NCBI GenBank assembly: GCA_010093995.1
Contig: ML992521.1
Location: 1-64,000, forward strand
DNA length: 64,000 nt
Direction of reading: 5' to 3'
DNA from: Elsinoe ampelina
Lineage: Eukaryota
Notes under the pieces: generated by a model
Seen by the model: the letters and a program-made list of their open reading frames with translations, nothing else
Databases searched by the model: none
What the model was told of the DNA's origin: nothing
Translations under genes and position numbers: made by a program
Shown: positions 45,732-58,125 of the stretch, piece by piece
Layout of the letters: each line of letters opens with the position of its first letter
Numbering within the stretch: the stretch's first letter is position 1

Positions 45732-46786
45732 TTACGACCCCGCCTTCCCCTCGTCAACAAACGGCACCTTCATCCCCTCCGCCTCCCTCTCCACCTCCCT
45801 CCTCCCCCTCCACGGCACCCCAAAGCTCCACTTGCCCGCCACAAACTCCTCATCCCCCATGTCCCCCAACGCCTTCGCCCCCCTCCTCATCCACCCCACG
45901 ATCTCCGCCAACGCCACCGCATCCACCCCCTCCTTTCCCCCAAACACATTCCTCCACACCGCCGCGCCCAACACCGCGTCCCCCTTGATCACCCCCTCGT
46001 CGTAACTCATCACGTTCCCGCGGTACGTATCGTACATATCCTTCAAATACCGACTCCTGATCCCGCGCGAGGTGATGTTGTGCATACCATCCATCTTCTC
46101 CTCCGCGGCGTAGAAAAAGTGATCCAGCAGTTGCTGGGACCATTTCCGTTCGTGCTCCGCGGGGAACATGCGCAGGCGGAGCTGGAGGAGATACAAGTGG
46201 AGGATCGTCAATTGGGACCACGTGCTGAAGGTGGGCGGGAGGGAGTAGGCGTAGTGCCATGTTTGCTTGCTCAAAGGGAAGAAGATGTCTTCGCCGGCGC
46301 TGGTTTTGAGGGGTTCGGGGGGCGCGGATTTGTTGTAGGGAGAGCGGGAGGGGACGGGGCCGCCGGGGGAGGTGGTGGTGGAGGGTGGGGTCGTGGAGGG
46401 GGCCGTGCCGCTGTAGTCGCCGGCTGAGGAGCAGGATTTGAAGAGCGATTCGGTGGTGCCGTAGGCGGCGTAGGGGGCGGTTGCGGAGCCGATGGAGCCT
46501 TGTTTGCGCAGGGTGGAGGCGAGTTTTTGGATCGAAGGGGCGTCGGGCGGTGGGACGGGAGAGGGAGCTGGGTCGGAGGGAGGGGAGGAGGGTGTGCTGG
46601 CTAGGGAGCGGGAGGGGGATTGGAAGGCGCGGTGGGAGGAGCGGAGTGCTTCGTTGCGTGTCGCGAGCTGGTAGCGAAGGGCCTGTGGATGGTCAGTGAC
46701 GGTCATTGTGGTTGTCCGGTGTGCAATACCTGTGATCGCGTCCTCGCTCCTTGCGCTATCGCAGAGTAACACTGCCTGCCGGACAT
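45732..46786 (-). CDS. CBP3: Ubiquinol-cytochrome c reductase assembly chaperone Cbp3; intron 46683-46729
   Basis: PTFSTWSQLTILHLYLLQLRLR, YDEGVIKGDAVLGAAVWRNVF, and an Arg/Ser-rich presequence-like spliced N-terminus (MSGRQCYSAIAQGARTRSQALRY). Confidence 0.9.
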
Positions 46787-47403
46787 GATGTGCTGGACAA
46801 AGAGTGTGTGTGGTGCAAAGATCAATGTCGTGAAGTTGACGATCTCCAAATTTTTGAGCTTCACAGCTCCAAGACAAAATGGTCATGACATCACCAAGCA
46901 CTATTTCATCTTCACAATTACGATCTTGGGCGAGGGCCACGTTCAATGGCGCACAGATGATTGAGAAGTACCGTTATCCATTCGACACTACTTCTTTGCT
47001 ATCTAGGCCATCCGCGCCAGTCATGACCAGCGCCTTTTCTCATCGACGAATACCCCTACCCTAAAATTGCCTACAGAAGAAGCGAATGTCTTGTGGAATA
47101 AAAAGCTCAACAGACAAGTTTTGAAATGTGCAACCCTTTCATATCGGCGTCACAGACACGGCCATGATGTGCTCGACAGCCGGTGCCGACATGTGCCGTC
47201 GTCGTGGGTGGATCATTCTCGAGAATGAAGCTCGTAGGAATAAAGGCACGCTGTTCAAAAGTCGTGCGGCAGACTATTCTGATACATGTGCTGAAAGTCC
47301 CGTTTCGAAGTGAAGAATATGTGACGCTTTCGTGTCTCGTTTCCGCTGCATTGAATGCTCAAATACCTCCTCAAACAGGAACCTGCCACTTGACCATGCC
47401 GCT

Positions 47404-50400
47404 CTACTGCATGCCGTTCCTGTTCACTCGGCCTCTGCGCTGACCGTTCATGCCTTGTTGCTGTTGTTGTTGCTGCTGCTGCATCGCCATGTAGTTGGGC
47501 TGGTATTGAGTGTTGTACATTCCATTGTTCATGCCCATACCGCCCATGGGTCCAAAACCGGGAGGTGCGAAGCCAGCGCCCATCTGTCCTGCGACGGGCG
47601 AACCCATGCCTAGACCGGCTTGCGGTAGTGGCGATCCGTTCATGCTTGGGCGACCGAATGGATCCATGCTCGGGGAGGGCGACCCAAAGCCGCTCATCGG
47701 GACTGGACTCTGGTAGTATGCGCCTTGCTGGCGGGCTGCAGCGGCTTGTTGTTGTGCCATCAGCTGTTGTTGATACTGCATCTGCTGTGCCGTGATGGGC
47801 GTGACATTCGGAAGTGGTGGAGTGTGCGTATATGATGGAGTCATCATGTATGGGTCGAAAGTGTTTGACGAGTCTACGCTTGCAGTTCTCTGCGCCGACC
47901 CTCCCATCATCTGATCCATCTGTTGAGGAGACATGCCGTAGGGGGATTGACTGGCAAGATGAGGTAGATGTCCATTGGGCATGCGACCTCTTGACACAGA
48001 TCGTGTCCTGCTTGCATCGCGACTTCCGGATGCTCCACCGTGACGGGTGGAGATACCCACTTCATCCATCAGTCTCTTGTAGCCTTGTTGCGGCTGAGCC
48101 TTGAGCCTGATCAAGACATTGCGGACGTTTTCCAGAACCTGTGGTCGAATGTTCTCCTCTAGGAATGGTGTAGTGAGCACCTTGAAGACGAAAGTGGCGC
48201 CGCATGTCTGATCGCTCAAGATATCCTGCAGAGTGGACGACTCTGGTGAGAGGAAGAGGGCGCGCAGTACAGCGTCCCGGGCTTCCGGCTCGCTTCGCTG
48301 GTTGATGATTTTGAGGACTGTGAGGTAGGCGACCTTGTGTGTGCACAGATGAACCAGATGGGCAATCAAACGTGGCGCGAGCACAGTCCGTCGGCGTGGG
48401 AATGTGCATGTGTCGAGGAACCATGTCAAGAGGAGCGCTCCGTTGGCATTGGTCGCGAGCTGAACACTGTGCAGTGCGATAGCAGAAGCCATCATCCTCT
48501 GCTGATCCTTAGTCGCAAAGTGGCTCTCCAGACACGCACGCATTGCTCTCGCGCCGAAGCGACCTTGAGCTACCTCCCAGAGCTTCTGCAGCATGGCGTC
48601 AAAGATGAAATCGTTGATCGGAGCGGCGAAGCGTAGGCAGCACTGCATGACGTAGTTGCCATACTGATCCAAGAAGAGCTGGACAGCGTATGGTCGAAGT
48701 GCATCTGCGATGAGCTGCATCTGCGCTGGGGTTTTGGCAACGTCGATGATCTTCTGGGCTGCCCATGTACCATTCTTATGAATGCCGATACTGGCCAGGT
48801 GTGGTCCAAGCTCACTCAACATCGCTTCCTTGATGGGCTCAGAGCAGAACTCGAAAAGCTTCTGCACGACCGTATTACCCAGGTAGTCCGAGGCCAGCTC
48901 AGCGATCTCAGGAAGCATCTCCATAGCAATGTTCTCGATCTCGACTTGTGAGCAAGTGTTGTTATCGATGCGTTTTCTGATCTCTCGAAGTCGGGGAGCG
49001 TCATGCATGCGGTTCGGGCTTGGCTCAGCGACTGGCGGAATCTCGCCATGGTACAAATCATAGCTGATTGCGTTCTCGATGAGGGTCGCAATACGACCCT
49101 GCTCGTCTGCAGTCGCGCCTAATTCTGCCACGATCGATGTAAGGTCGCTGCGAAGATCACGCAACCTAGGCGTCTTGAGCGCAGCGGCAGCGGTCTCAGC
49201 ATTGATGTTCGCATTTGGTCGAAGGGTTGCCATGGCAGGAGCCAGCATACCACTATCACCGCCGTCCGAGCGGAACGGGTCTGGACTGGGCGAAGGATAT
49301 GCATCGCCTGGACCAGGGGTACCGGCAGCGCTTGGTGCCTTTGCATAGCCAATCCTGACAGCTCCGGCGCCAGGGAAGATCTCCTTGTTGTGAAGCTGCG
49401 CCTTTGCCTGCACAGCACTGTCGACGTTCTCGAAGTTGACAAATCCGCAGCTCTTGTGGGTCAGGACACGGCTGGATTCGATCGGTCCGAATTGCGAGAA
49501 GATGACGTTCAAGGAAGACACGGTCGTCGACGGGGGAATATTGCCCAACCAAAGTGCTCGTGTGGGACTCTCCAGAAGTCCATCGTCGCCTGTATCAAGC
49601 ATGCCTTGGGATTGAAGCTGCATCTGCCGAACGGAGTCCGCAAGACTATCCATGGCACCTGCGCTCGAATCGTCCAGATCGTTGACAGAAAAGCTATTGT
49701 CCAACCTTGACGGCGTTGGCAGGTAGCTCCTCAGCATCCTGTTTGATGGGGCTTCCACCATACCTGCTGTGCGGGCACGGGGTCTGCTAGCGGAGGCAAG
49801 CTGTGTAAAGGCCTGTACTTCGAGGTTGTGCTGTCTAACAGCCTCTTGTAGCGCAAGTGCCTGGGCGGCTGACACATCGGCAGATGGTGTCAACGGAGCT
49901 GTGTATACATCGTTATATGGCTCCAATCCTTCTTCTTCGTCATCGGCATACTTCTCCTTTGCATTGACCGAGTACGATCGGAAGCGGTTCGCATTGCGAT
50001 TCATTTGCGCAGCAAGCTGAGCAACGAGGGGGTTCTGCAAAGGTGCCTGGCTGCCGCTGGACGATGCAAACCCTGGTGGCGCCGGAGTGTCAACAAGGCC
50101 TAGATAGTCCAAGGTTTTCACGTCGTTGTCGGCAAAAGAGTCTCGCGAAGACTGCGCTGGGGATGACGGGGCCCCTGAGGAGCGAATGCTCTGAAGAGTA
50201 TTCGCACGGGAACGGGGTGCCTGCCATCCATTGGCGAAGAATTGCGGGCCGAAAGCCCCCTGAGAGCCGAGCAGATTTGCTCGCTGGGGCATCGATCCGG
50301 CACGAAATCGCGAGAGCAGGTTCTGTGTCTGAGCCGGGGACAATGAGGAGCCGAGGATACCGTTCGCAGTCATTGGAGAGGGCCCAGCATCGAGAGGTGT

Positions 50401-51037
50401 GTTCAAGGGAGAAGCCTGAGAGCTGCCACTCTGGGGTGCTCCTAGACCACCGAGTGGGTTCGGCCCTGGAAAGCGAGAAGGAACGGTTCCAGCTCTGGCG
50501 CGGCGCTGTTGGGTTGCAGCTGGTGAGGTCTGTGCTTGCAAGGAGGATTGGTCGAATTCAGGGAAGCTGTCGCTGCTCGGCGACTCGGGGATGGTCTCCC
50601 TCAAAGGAGTAGAGTGTCCGCTGCCAGTAGGCGGTGGCCCCCAGACCTGCGGGTTGAGGCCCTCTTGCGCCTGGATCTCGCGAGCTCTGTTGCTGTATCA
50701 GTATGTTTCTCTTATTGATAGTCCACCCACCTCCGAGCGGAAGACTTCAAGCTTCTTGTACCACAACGCTCGTCGATTGAAGGTATGCCACAACTCACCT
50801 CTTTGGAAACAGGCGGCTTCCCCCATAGTCCTTTGAGGGAGAGCCTGCACCTGTCCTATTTACCATGCCGCTTCCTGTCACGCTAGCCATGCTGTTACCA
50901 AGTGGATATCTCAAGTTGGTCGAGGCGCTTTCAGATGGAGAGGCACCTGTCGAAGATGAAGTGCGTATCTGATTGAGATTTGCTTGTGGTAGTGGACCCA
51001 AGTCCAGCTTGTGATCCGGTCGTGAGCTTGCAGGCAT
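47404..51037 (-). CDS. JSN1: Pumilio-family RNA-binding protein with RRM (Jsn1/Puf2-like); intron 50687-50798
   Basis: RRM TRALWLGNIP..KSCGFVNF, PUF repeats (SDYLGNTVVQKL, HKNGTWAAQKII, DQYGNYVMQC) and a Q/M/G-rich tail. The splice gives SRLFPKRAREIQAQEG. A short terminal intron cannot be excluded. Confidence 0.88.
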
Positions 51038-52361
51038 TTTCGAATGTCGTTTGTGATGAAAAGTGTTCGTCAAAGTCGATTAAGAATAGCCAGACTCGAG
51101 GCTAGTCTGGAGATAGGCGGATGGATCAGCCTTGGTAGCAATGCAGAGAGCATCCACCAGGACAGTCTCAATAGAGGAAGGTCAATGAGGATTATGGACC
51201 AGCTCTTTCTCGTGTAGTTTAGACGCTCATGTCTTGCTCGAAAGGCTGACAGCTTGATAGGACGAGGTCGAAGGGAGTGACTGTCGAGTCGAGCTCGAAG
51301 AAGAAGACGAAATTGGTAAGGTATTAAGCCCTGGCTGACGACGCTTGGATGGCAGGGCAAATTTAGTACTATTAGGCGAGGTTGAAGAATGCCAGAGGAG
51401 CACGCCCTAGATTAATTACCAGAACTGAAAGACTCTCTGTGATGGCAGGAGGTGGTAGGTTGGAGGAGAGAAATCGAGTGAGCTCTTCCAGTCTTCAGGG
51501 GCGTGTGCGTCTGCGTTTGGTGGGCGGCTGATCCACCCGTTCGCGAGCAACGTTGCACACGAGCAGAGGGCGATGCCGAATATGATTTGACCGTCCAGCG
51601 GAGGCAGGCTGTGAGAAGGCTGCGGAGCTGAGCGCCAGGCCAGAATGTACGGATCAATGGAGTGCGAGTGAGCAATGTCGAAAAGGACAGACAGGTGAGC
51701 GGCTGGGTCCTTGGGTCTGGTAGGACGCAGCTGCGGTTCTTGGTCGTCCGTCCAGTTGTGCGCCTTGTGGGAACAAGCACAAGGTTGAGAATAGTCGAGT
51801 GAGGATGTCTCGAAAATTGACCAAGAGAGGACAGCTCGTTCTTAATTCGCTGCCTCGGCTTTTGGTTCTAGTTTGATCTTCACGGAGAGAGAGAGTCTCA
51901 AGCAAAAGGCCCGACAGTTCTCATCATCTGGTCAAAGTACTAGGACGACCTTGTCATGTAAAGCGATCAATTCAGTCACAACCTGTTCGTTGCCAGCAGC
52001 CTTTCTTCCGTTCCGCACAGAGGACCTCTCCACTTGCAAGGGTCTCAAGGCCGAACGATCCAGCAACCTGAAACAAACAGTGGAGGGGTTTTGCGAAACA
52101 CGTCGACACTTTCATTTGGCGAGAGATTGATGTGTCTTGGCAGGTACAGAGGGAGGACCTGAGGTACTCTGCTCGCCACTGGCACTCAATTTGATCGACC
52201 ACGGCAAATTTGTCAAGTTTTCCACACCTGTCACAAGATGTAACAAGTTGACACTATTCAGGCTGTCTTTCTAATGTCCCAACCTCGTAGCATCCGAGAT
52301 GACATCGCCACAGGATTTGTACAGTCCGCAACGGTGAGCGTCGGTGGCTGCCCAACTCCCC

Positions 52362-54128
52362 CTAATAGACATAAAGGACCAGAGTGTCTGGGTCCTCTTC
52401 CTTCATTTTCTTGTTCTTCCGCTGCAAGCTGATGCGCATGACCCACGTCGATGCCACAGCAATAGCCGAGAACGCAATCGCTGCCATCCATGCCTTGAGG
52501 AAACGCGGGTTGTCGCTCGACGGCCATAGGTAGGGGGTGTAGATACTACTCATGTTACCCAGACTGTTGCACAGTGCGAGCGCAACCGCTTTCTTCTCAG
52601 GTGTCTGACCCATCGTCGCGCTAGTCCATCCGAGCATGATGTTGTTGATGCCAAAGGAGAATGTGACGAAGATGAAGATGGCAACGAAGCGTGCTGCGAC
52701 ATTGGTGGTGACAGCTGGGATGATGAAGCCGATGATGATGAGCGTCTTGAACACGGTGATGTGCCAAGTTCGCTCGTTGTACTTGCCAGACGTGTAGGAC
52801 ATGACAATTGCCATCACGGCGGCCAACAAGTACGGAGGACAGGTGAGGGCAAGCGTGATCGTTGTGTTATATCCGAGCGTCCTGACCACTGTCGGTAGGA
52901 ATGATTGGAAACTCACTGACGAGATGTGTGTATTGTACATCAAGCAGAATACCCAACATCTCCAGTCAGCCAGCGCTTGTTTGAGACCAAGCCAGACACT
53001 GGTAGCTTCTTCGCGCTGCGTGGTGTCGGCAGCGATACGATTGTGAGCTAGCAAGCGCTCTTTCTCACTCAACCAGCGAGTCTGAAGGGGGTGATCCGGT
53101 AGTAAGAAGAAAGACACAAATGCGACCAGGATCGAGAGACCGCCCTGGATGATGAAGAGCCTGGTCGGAATATCAGCTTTCTGTTGTGTCGACATGTCTT
53201 GCTGTACTACATACCATTGCCAACCTGCGAGACCGCTGACGCCCGAGAGACCAGCAAAGACACCGGCAGAGATAAGACCAGCGAAGCTAGAGGCAATCAT
53301 GTTGCCAGTGTAGAAGATGGCCATGCGAGAAGCAATCTCTTTCTTGGTGTAAAACAGCGATAGGAGGAAAAGGGCGCCAGGGTAGAACTGTTGTTCTCTC
53401 GTCAGTCCTGGTAGTTCACATCATGATTCCCCAGCACTTACAGGCGCTTCGGTCACACCAAGCATGAAACGACATGCTAGCATGCCACCGAAATTACTAG
53501 CCTTGAATGTCAAGAGGCAGACGATCGACCAAGCCATACAGAAGCCTGGTAATTGTTAGTGTTTGCGAGGTAGATTGTAGCGTATACCCACCTCCTAGAT
53601 ACCAAGAAGGTCTGACACGATTCAATATCATGTTGCTGGCTGTGCATACATTAGTACCCCCGGGGCCTATACTACCAGGTGTGATAGTGCCACGTACGAA
53701 TCTGTCCAGCAATGTAGCCAACAAACAAGATCGAAATGAGGGTGTTGTACTCGGTGCCCTTAAGACCTAGATCGGCATCCAACGTGTTGAGCTTGGCATT
53801 GACGAGAGCGTTACGGTCGAGGAAGTTGAAGAAGTACATGATCCAGAGGATGGGCTATAGTCCTGCCTCAGCAATGATGGTATGGAGAGGAGGGTGCGAT
53901 ACCTACCAGGATGGTTCGATCGAGCTTCTTCACTAAAGCTATCTCTTCAGGATTCGTCTTACTGCGTGCGCCGAACTCGTCCAGCTTTGCATCAACTCCG
54001 ACCTTTGCGAGTGTGATGTCGTTGTCATTGGTATGAACCCTTTCGACATGACCACCCTCCGTTGCAGTCTTCTCATTGTCAGTGGTAATTGTTGCAGCCT
54101 GTGGTGAGCTGCGCCCGAAGATGGCCAT
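52362..54128 (-). CDS. MFS transporter, anion:cation symporter family (Dal5/Tna1-like); introns 53855-53906, 53640-53697, 53546-53591, 53388-53441, 53161-53214
   Basis: LVKKLDRTILP, NFLDRNAL, QIPSNMIL, RFMLGVTEAPFYPG, GWQWLFIIQG and LTCPPY. All five introns restore frame. Confidence 0.9.
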
Positions 54129-54988
54129 GATGACTTTGGCGGAGGAAACAGATGAACGAGAAAGAGCACAACGGTACTTGACCTCGATGAACAGCCAGGC
54201 AAGTTCCTCGTAATATACTTGCTTGTCCCACCGCCATCATGACGCCCCCGACGACGTTCCAAGGATGGCCCAGAGTGGCCAACCCTTTCTGAGCATCTTG
54301 TTTCGAGAGAAGTGGCTTGAAATTGCTTGGTATTTGTCTCGTAGCGCAAAGCTTTGCCTCTTTTGTGGTCGAAAGTCTTGTGCTTCCCCGGACTTCCCCT
54401 ACTCTTGTTCTTATACCAAGAACTGCTCCCCAGATCTCGCCCCAAAAGGCCCCGCAGATGACCCGGGGTCGGACCTTTCTTTAAGCGGTGCGGCCGATCC
54501 ATTATCCTGCTCCCTCTGTCCGACAGACACAGCAGTCACAAAACCAGATGAGGTTCGAGAGAAGAACAAGCCATCAGATTGATGAAGCTGGACGCTGTGA
54601 ACGCTCAAAGACGAAGCGGGGGAAATTTTGCTTCGATTGGTCGCGCGGCACGAGGTCAATGATAAAAGGCCCCTCGGGCGTGCAAAGCGAAAAGCATCAC
54701 GTGACGACCGCTTGCATGCCGATGGATCATTCTCCGTTGATAAAATTACTACTAGGACTTGCAGAAGCACAGTAACTTTAGATGGATTAGATTGATGTAC
54801 AATGCATCCGGGCTACACAATTAATGCAGGGGAATCAGCTCTGCAGGACCTTGACATGGCTCTGTCTATCATCGTCGGCTTCGATCCGTTGGCCGTGGTA
54901 GTCTGCGCCAACGCCGAGATATCTCCGGCTTTATGAACTTTTGACGTTCGGCGCGACCTGACACGATCTGTACATCCGCCCGATTACG

Positions 54989-56782
54989 ATGTCCGACGAT
55001 GACAGCAGCGATGCTAGCTCATCGCCGCCACCAGAAACACTCATTGCTGGACGCGCGCGACGAACGACTGCCGGCAATCGCTTGTCACACCTCCTGCAAC
55101 ACCTGGATGATGAGGACGTGAAAGCAGATCTTTTGGCCGACGAGCAAGATGACCAGAACGACTACTCTGCATCAGAGGATGGCGACGCTGATGTTGCATT
55201 CGACTCTAGTGATGACTCCGACGACGAGGCTAAAGAAGGAGGAGACGATGAGCTGGCCGGCGAGAAGGAATTACAGAAGCAAGAACGAGTCGAGTCAAAG
55301 CGGAAGCGCAAAGCGCGAGAGCTCGTTCGCGTACAGCCTCTCAAGAAGAAGGTCAAGATCGTAGAAGAGCCAGTGGTCAGCGAAGACAATCCACCACCAG
55401 CGCCTTCGAAGAAGCTGGAACGATTGAGCTCTTCGCATCTTGGTCCTGTTCGGCAGTCTTCTCGGTCCCAAACGATTGCCAGCGCCAAGGTCACTGAGGC
55501 GAGAGTCAAGGAGAACAAGAAGCGGGCCATCAGAACGCAGGAGATCATGCGTATAGCGGCAGAGAAGAAGGCAGCAGAAGCCGGACCAGAGCTCACGCAG
55601 GAAGATCGAATGGCGCGAGCACTGCAAATCGAAAAGGTCAACAACAAGAGCTTGAACAGATGGGAAAAATCTGAACAAGAACGCCTTCGACTGCAGAGGG
55701 AGAAGCTGGAAGCTATGCGGAACAGGAAACTTGACGGACCACTCATACGCTATTGGAGCGGACCTGTTCAATGGACATGGCGAGAAGGGCCAGATGGACC
55801 GGTCTACGCTCGTTTCAAGTATCTCAGGGAGCCGAGTCAGAAGAACAAAAAGTCCGACAAGCACGAACTTGAGGACGGGAAACAATCTCGACGGCAATCT
55901 CTTGCAAAGGTCCAAGTCATTGAGGAGACAAATGCACCTGACGGCGGCGACGCAGCAGTAGAGGCATCGACTACGAAGGACGAAGAAATGACAGACGCAC
56001 CTCCTGCGCCGGCCGAAGCACCACGCTCAGCAGATGGGAAGACTGCCCCTGCCAAGTATCCGTCTTCCACCACTCCAGCGATCTCACACAAAGACGCCGA
56101 ATCCTCCTTCCTGGACGGCATCCAACTCTACGCCACAGACACCCCTTCACGACCAGGCCCCGAAGCCTCCCGACCCTCCATCCTCATCTCGTCCGCAGAC
56201 GCCCCCACGCTCATGGCACCCTACACCTCACCTCCCCTAGGCTACCACCCCTCCATGCCACCCTACGTCCCCATTCCCTCCCTCCCCGGCACCCACGGCT
56301 CCCACCTCCCCCTCCACACCTCAATCGCCACCCGTGTCCTCCTCACCCTCTCACAATTCCCCAACCTCCCCTCCTCCCCGCCTCCCACCCGCAAAGCCCC
56401 CACCACCGACCCCCTCCTCACCACGCACCTCCTCCCGGACTCCCACCCCCCTCTCTCAGCCGAAGAAAAACGCTACCTCACCACCCGCGCCCGCTCCTCG
56501 AAGAACAACCTTGATGTCCTCCCTGCTCCGCCCGCGCGTCCCACGTGCGCCATCACCGGCCGTGTGGCGCGGTTCCGGGACCCGAAGACGAGGTTGCCCT
56601 ACGCGGATATGCCGGCGCACAAGGCGATTCAGAGGGTGTTGGCGAACGGGTGTGCGTGGAGTCCGTTGCTGGGGGCGTGGGCGGGGATTGTAGGGGAGGG
56701 GACGTTGGGGAGGACGGCGAGGGGGGTGCCGGCGGGGTGGTGGAAGGGGGAGGTGGGCGAGAGGGAGGTCATTGAGTTGTAG
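54989..56782 (+). CDS. VPS72: SWR1 complex subunit Vps72/Swc2 (YL1 family)
   Basis: LIAGRARRTTAGNRL, an acidic region, LTQEDRMARALQIEKVNNKSL, and the YL1-C motif CAITGRVARFRDPKTRLPYAD. Confidence 0.9.
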   Translation: MSDDDSSDASSSPPPETLIAGRARRTTAGNRLSHLLQHLDDEDVKADLLADEQDDQNDYSASEDGDADVAFDSSDDSDDEAKEGGDDELAGEKELQKQERVESKRKRKARELVRVQPLKKKVKIVEEPVVSEDNPPPAPSKKLERLSSSHLGPVRQSSRSQTIASAKVTEARVKENKKRAIRTQEIMRIAAEKKAAEAGPELTQEDRMARALQIEKVNNKSLNRWEKSEQERLRLQREKLEAMRNRKLDGPLIRYWSGPVQWTWREGPDGPVYARFKYLREPSQKNKKSDKHELEDGKQSRRQSLAKVQVIEETNAPDGGDAAVEASTTKDEEMTDAPPAPAEAPRSADGKTAPAKYPSSTTPAISHKDAESSFLDGIQLYATDTPSRPGPEASRPSILISSADAPTLMAPYTSPPLGYHPSMPPYVPIPSLPGTHGSHLPLHTSIATRVLLTLSQFPNLPSSPPPTRKAPTTDPLLTTHLLPDSHPPLSAEEKRYLTTRARSSKNNLDVLPAPPARPTCAITGRVARFRDPKTRLPYADMPAHKAIQRVLANGCAWSPLLGAWAGIVGEGTLGRTARGVPAGWWKGEVGEREVIEL

Positions 56783-57218
56783 AGTGGTTTGAGAGCGGAA
56801 GTCTTGGGGTTGTGAAGGGAGGGTTTATGGTAGTGGTTGTTAGTGATTGGGTTCATGTGATTATGGAAACGGAAAGCAGGGAGCGGTAGATACCCCGAGC
56901 ATTCGAAAATGTTTCGTCATGCATGTCATGCAGTGTTTCGGTGTTGGTTGTCTGATCAAGCACAGTGTGAACGATAACGTGCTCCGCCATAGACATACTG
57001 GGCACATCACCGTGCAGATTTACTGTTCAGAAGATTTCGATTCGAATGCACTCTACCCCTCAATGAATCATCAACGCCTGTCCGCTACCGTGTCCCATGA
57101 TCTTCGAGACAGACAGTGACGCGGAAGTGCATGCGTATGTTTTTCCCTGGCCGCCGGCCGCCTATGCACCACGACCAGCAGAGCCACTCCATCACTACCC
57201 CAACCATCATCGAGTCGT

Positions 57219-57916
57219 CTATTTGTCCTTCTTGTTCTTCTTGGCACCCTTGGTCTTTGCTGTGCCGCGGAACTCCTTGGATCGGTTCTTCCTTTGCTTG
57301 CCTGTTGGTGCGTCAGTGACTGGTTTCGTCCTTCGTGTCTGCCCTGTTTCGTATTCCATCCATCCAATGTTTGCCCATCGATCTTTTCCTTGTCCATGAC
57401 GTCCTTCTCTTCCCGAAACAATGACAATAAACATGATAGACGTACGTTGCTGCCTAGAAGCCTTCTCGATCTTGGTGGCGAGGCCGTATCTGATGAGCCT
57501 GTATCGGGGCTCGAACTTCTTCATCGACTCGGTGCTCTCGTAGACGAGCGCGAAACCAGTCGTCTTGCCGCCACCGTACTGTGTCCTGAGACCGAAGACC
57601 GAGACTGCATCCTTGGGGGCCTTGTAAAGCTCTGCAAGCTTGTCGCGGAGGTCGTCCTTGGAGACATTGGCGCGGTTGGGGTGGAGAACGTCACTGCGCG
57701 AGAGGGTTAGTGGATGGTTCCTAGAGATGTCGTGTGTATTCGTCTGTATTGCGAAGGGGGCTCCAGTGTCCTCTCGACAGTCGTGGTCGTCTTTCGTGGT
57801 CGAGAGAAATCTGTGCGGTTGTGGATGGGGCAAACTCACACGACCATCTGCTTGCGTCCGAGCAGTGGGTTGCGAATGAACTTGCGCGTTCGGAGAGTAA
57901 CCTGGCCTTCCGACAT
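57219..57916 (-). CDS. RPS24: 40S ribosomal protein S24 (eS24); introns 57694-57839 and 57302-57445
   Basis: The spliced product reads [62 protein letters not shown]. Confidence 0.97.
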
Positions 57917-58125
57917 GATTGCGGTGTTGTCGCAGGTCGAAAGTTGGTGTGTTGGTGATGGTCGCTACAGCGCTGTTCGGCTTGTCGTTGTTGGTCGTCA
58001 AGAATTTGAGGGTGTGCAGCTTCGTGGGTCTTGGTTCTGCCGCGGTTTCGCCGAACAAACGCCAAGATCGAAGATTTTGGTTGGACTTTGCCCGCTCAAT
58101 TGAACAATCACTACAGGTTCCCATA

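Noticed and set aside
45558..46427. 289-aa + strand ORF antisense to CBP3
   Set aside because: It is low-complexity Pro/His then Gly text with no domain. It is a by-product of the C/G skew, which removes stop codons.
54502..54743. Three GATAA sites upstream of the MFS gene (AreA-type)
   Set aside because: They are plausible for a Dal5-like gene, but the density is close to chance, so I did not call them.
54820..54910. TTCGATCC resembling a tRNA T-loop
   Set aside because: I could not build an acceptor stem, D-arm or anticodon arm.
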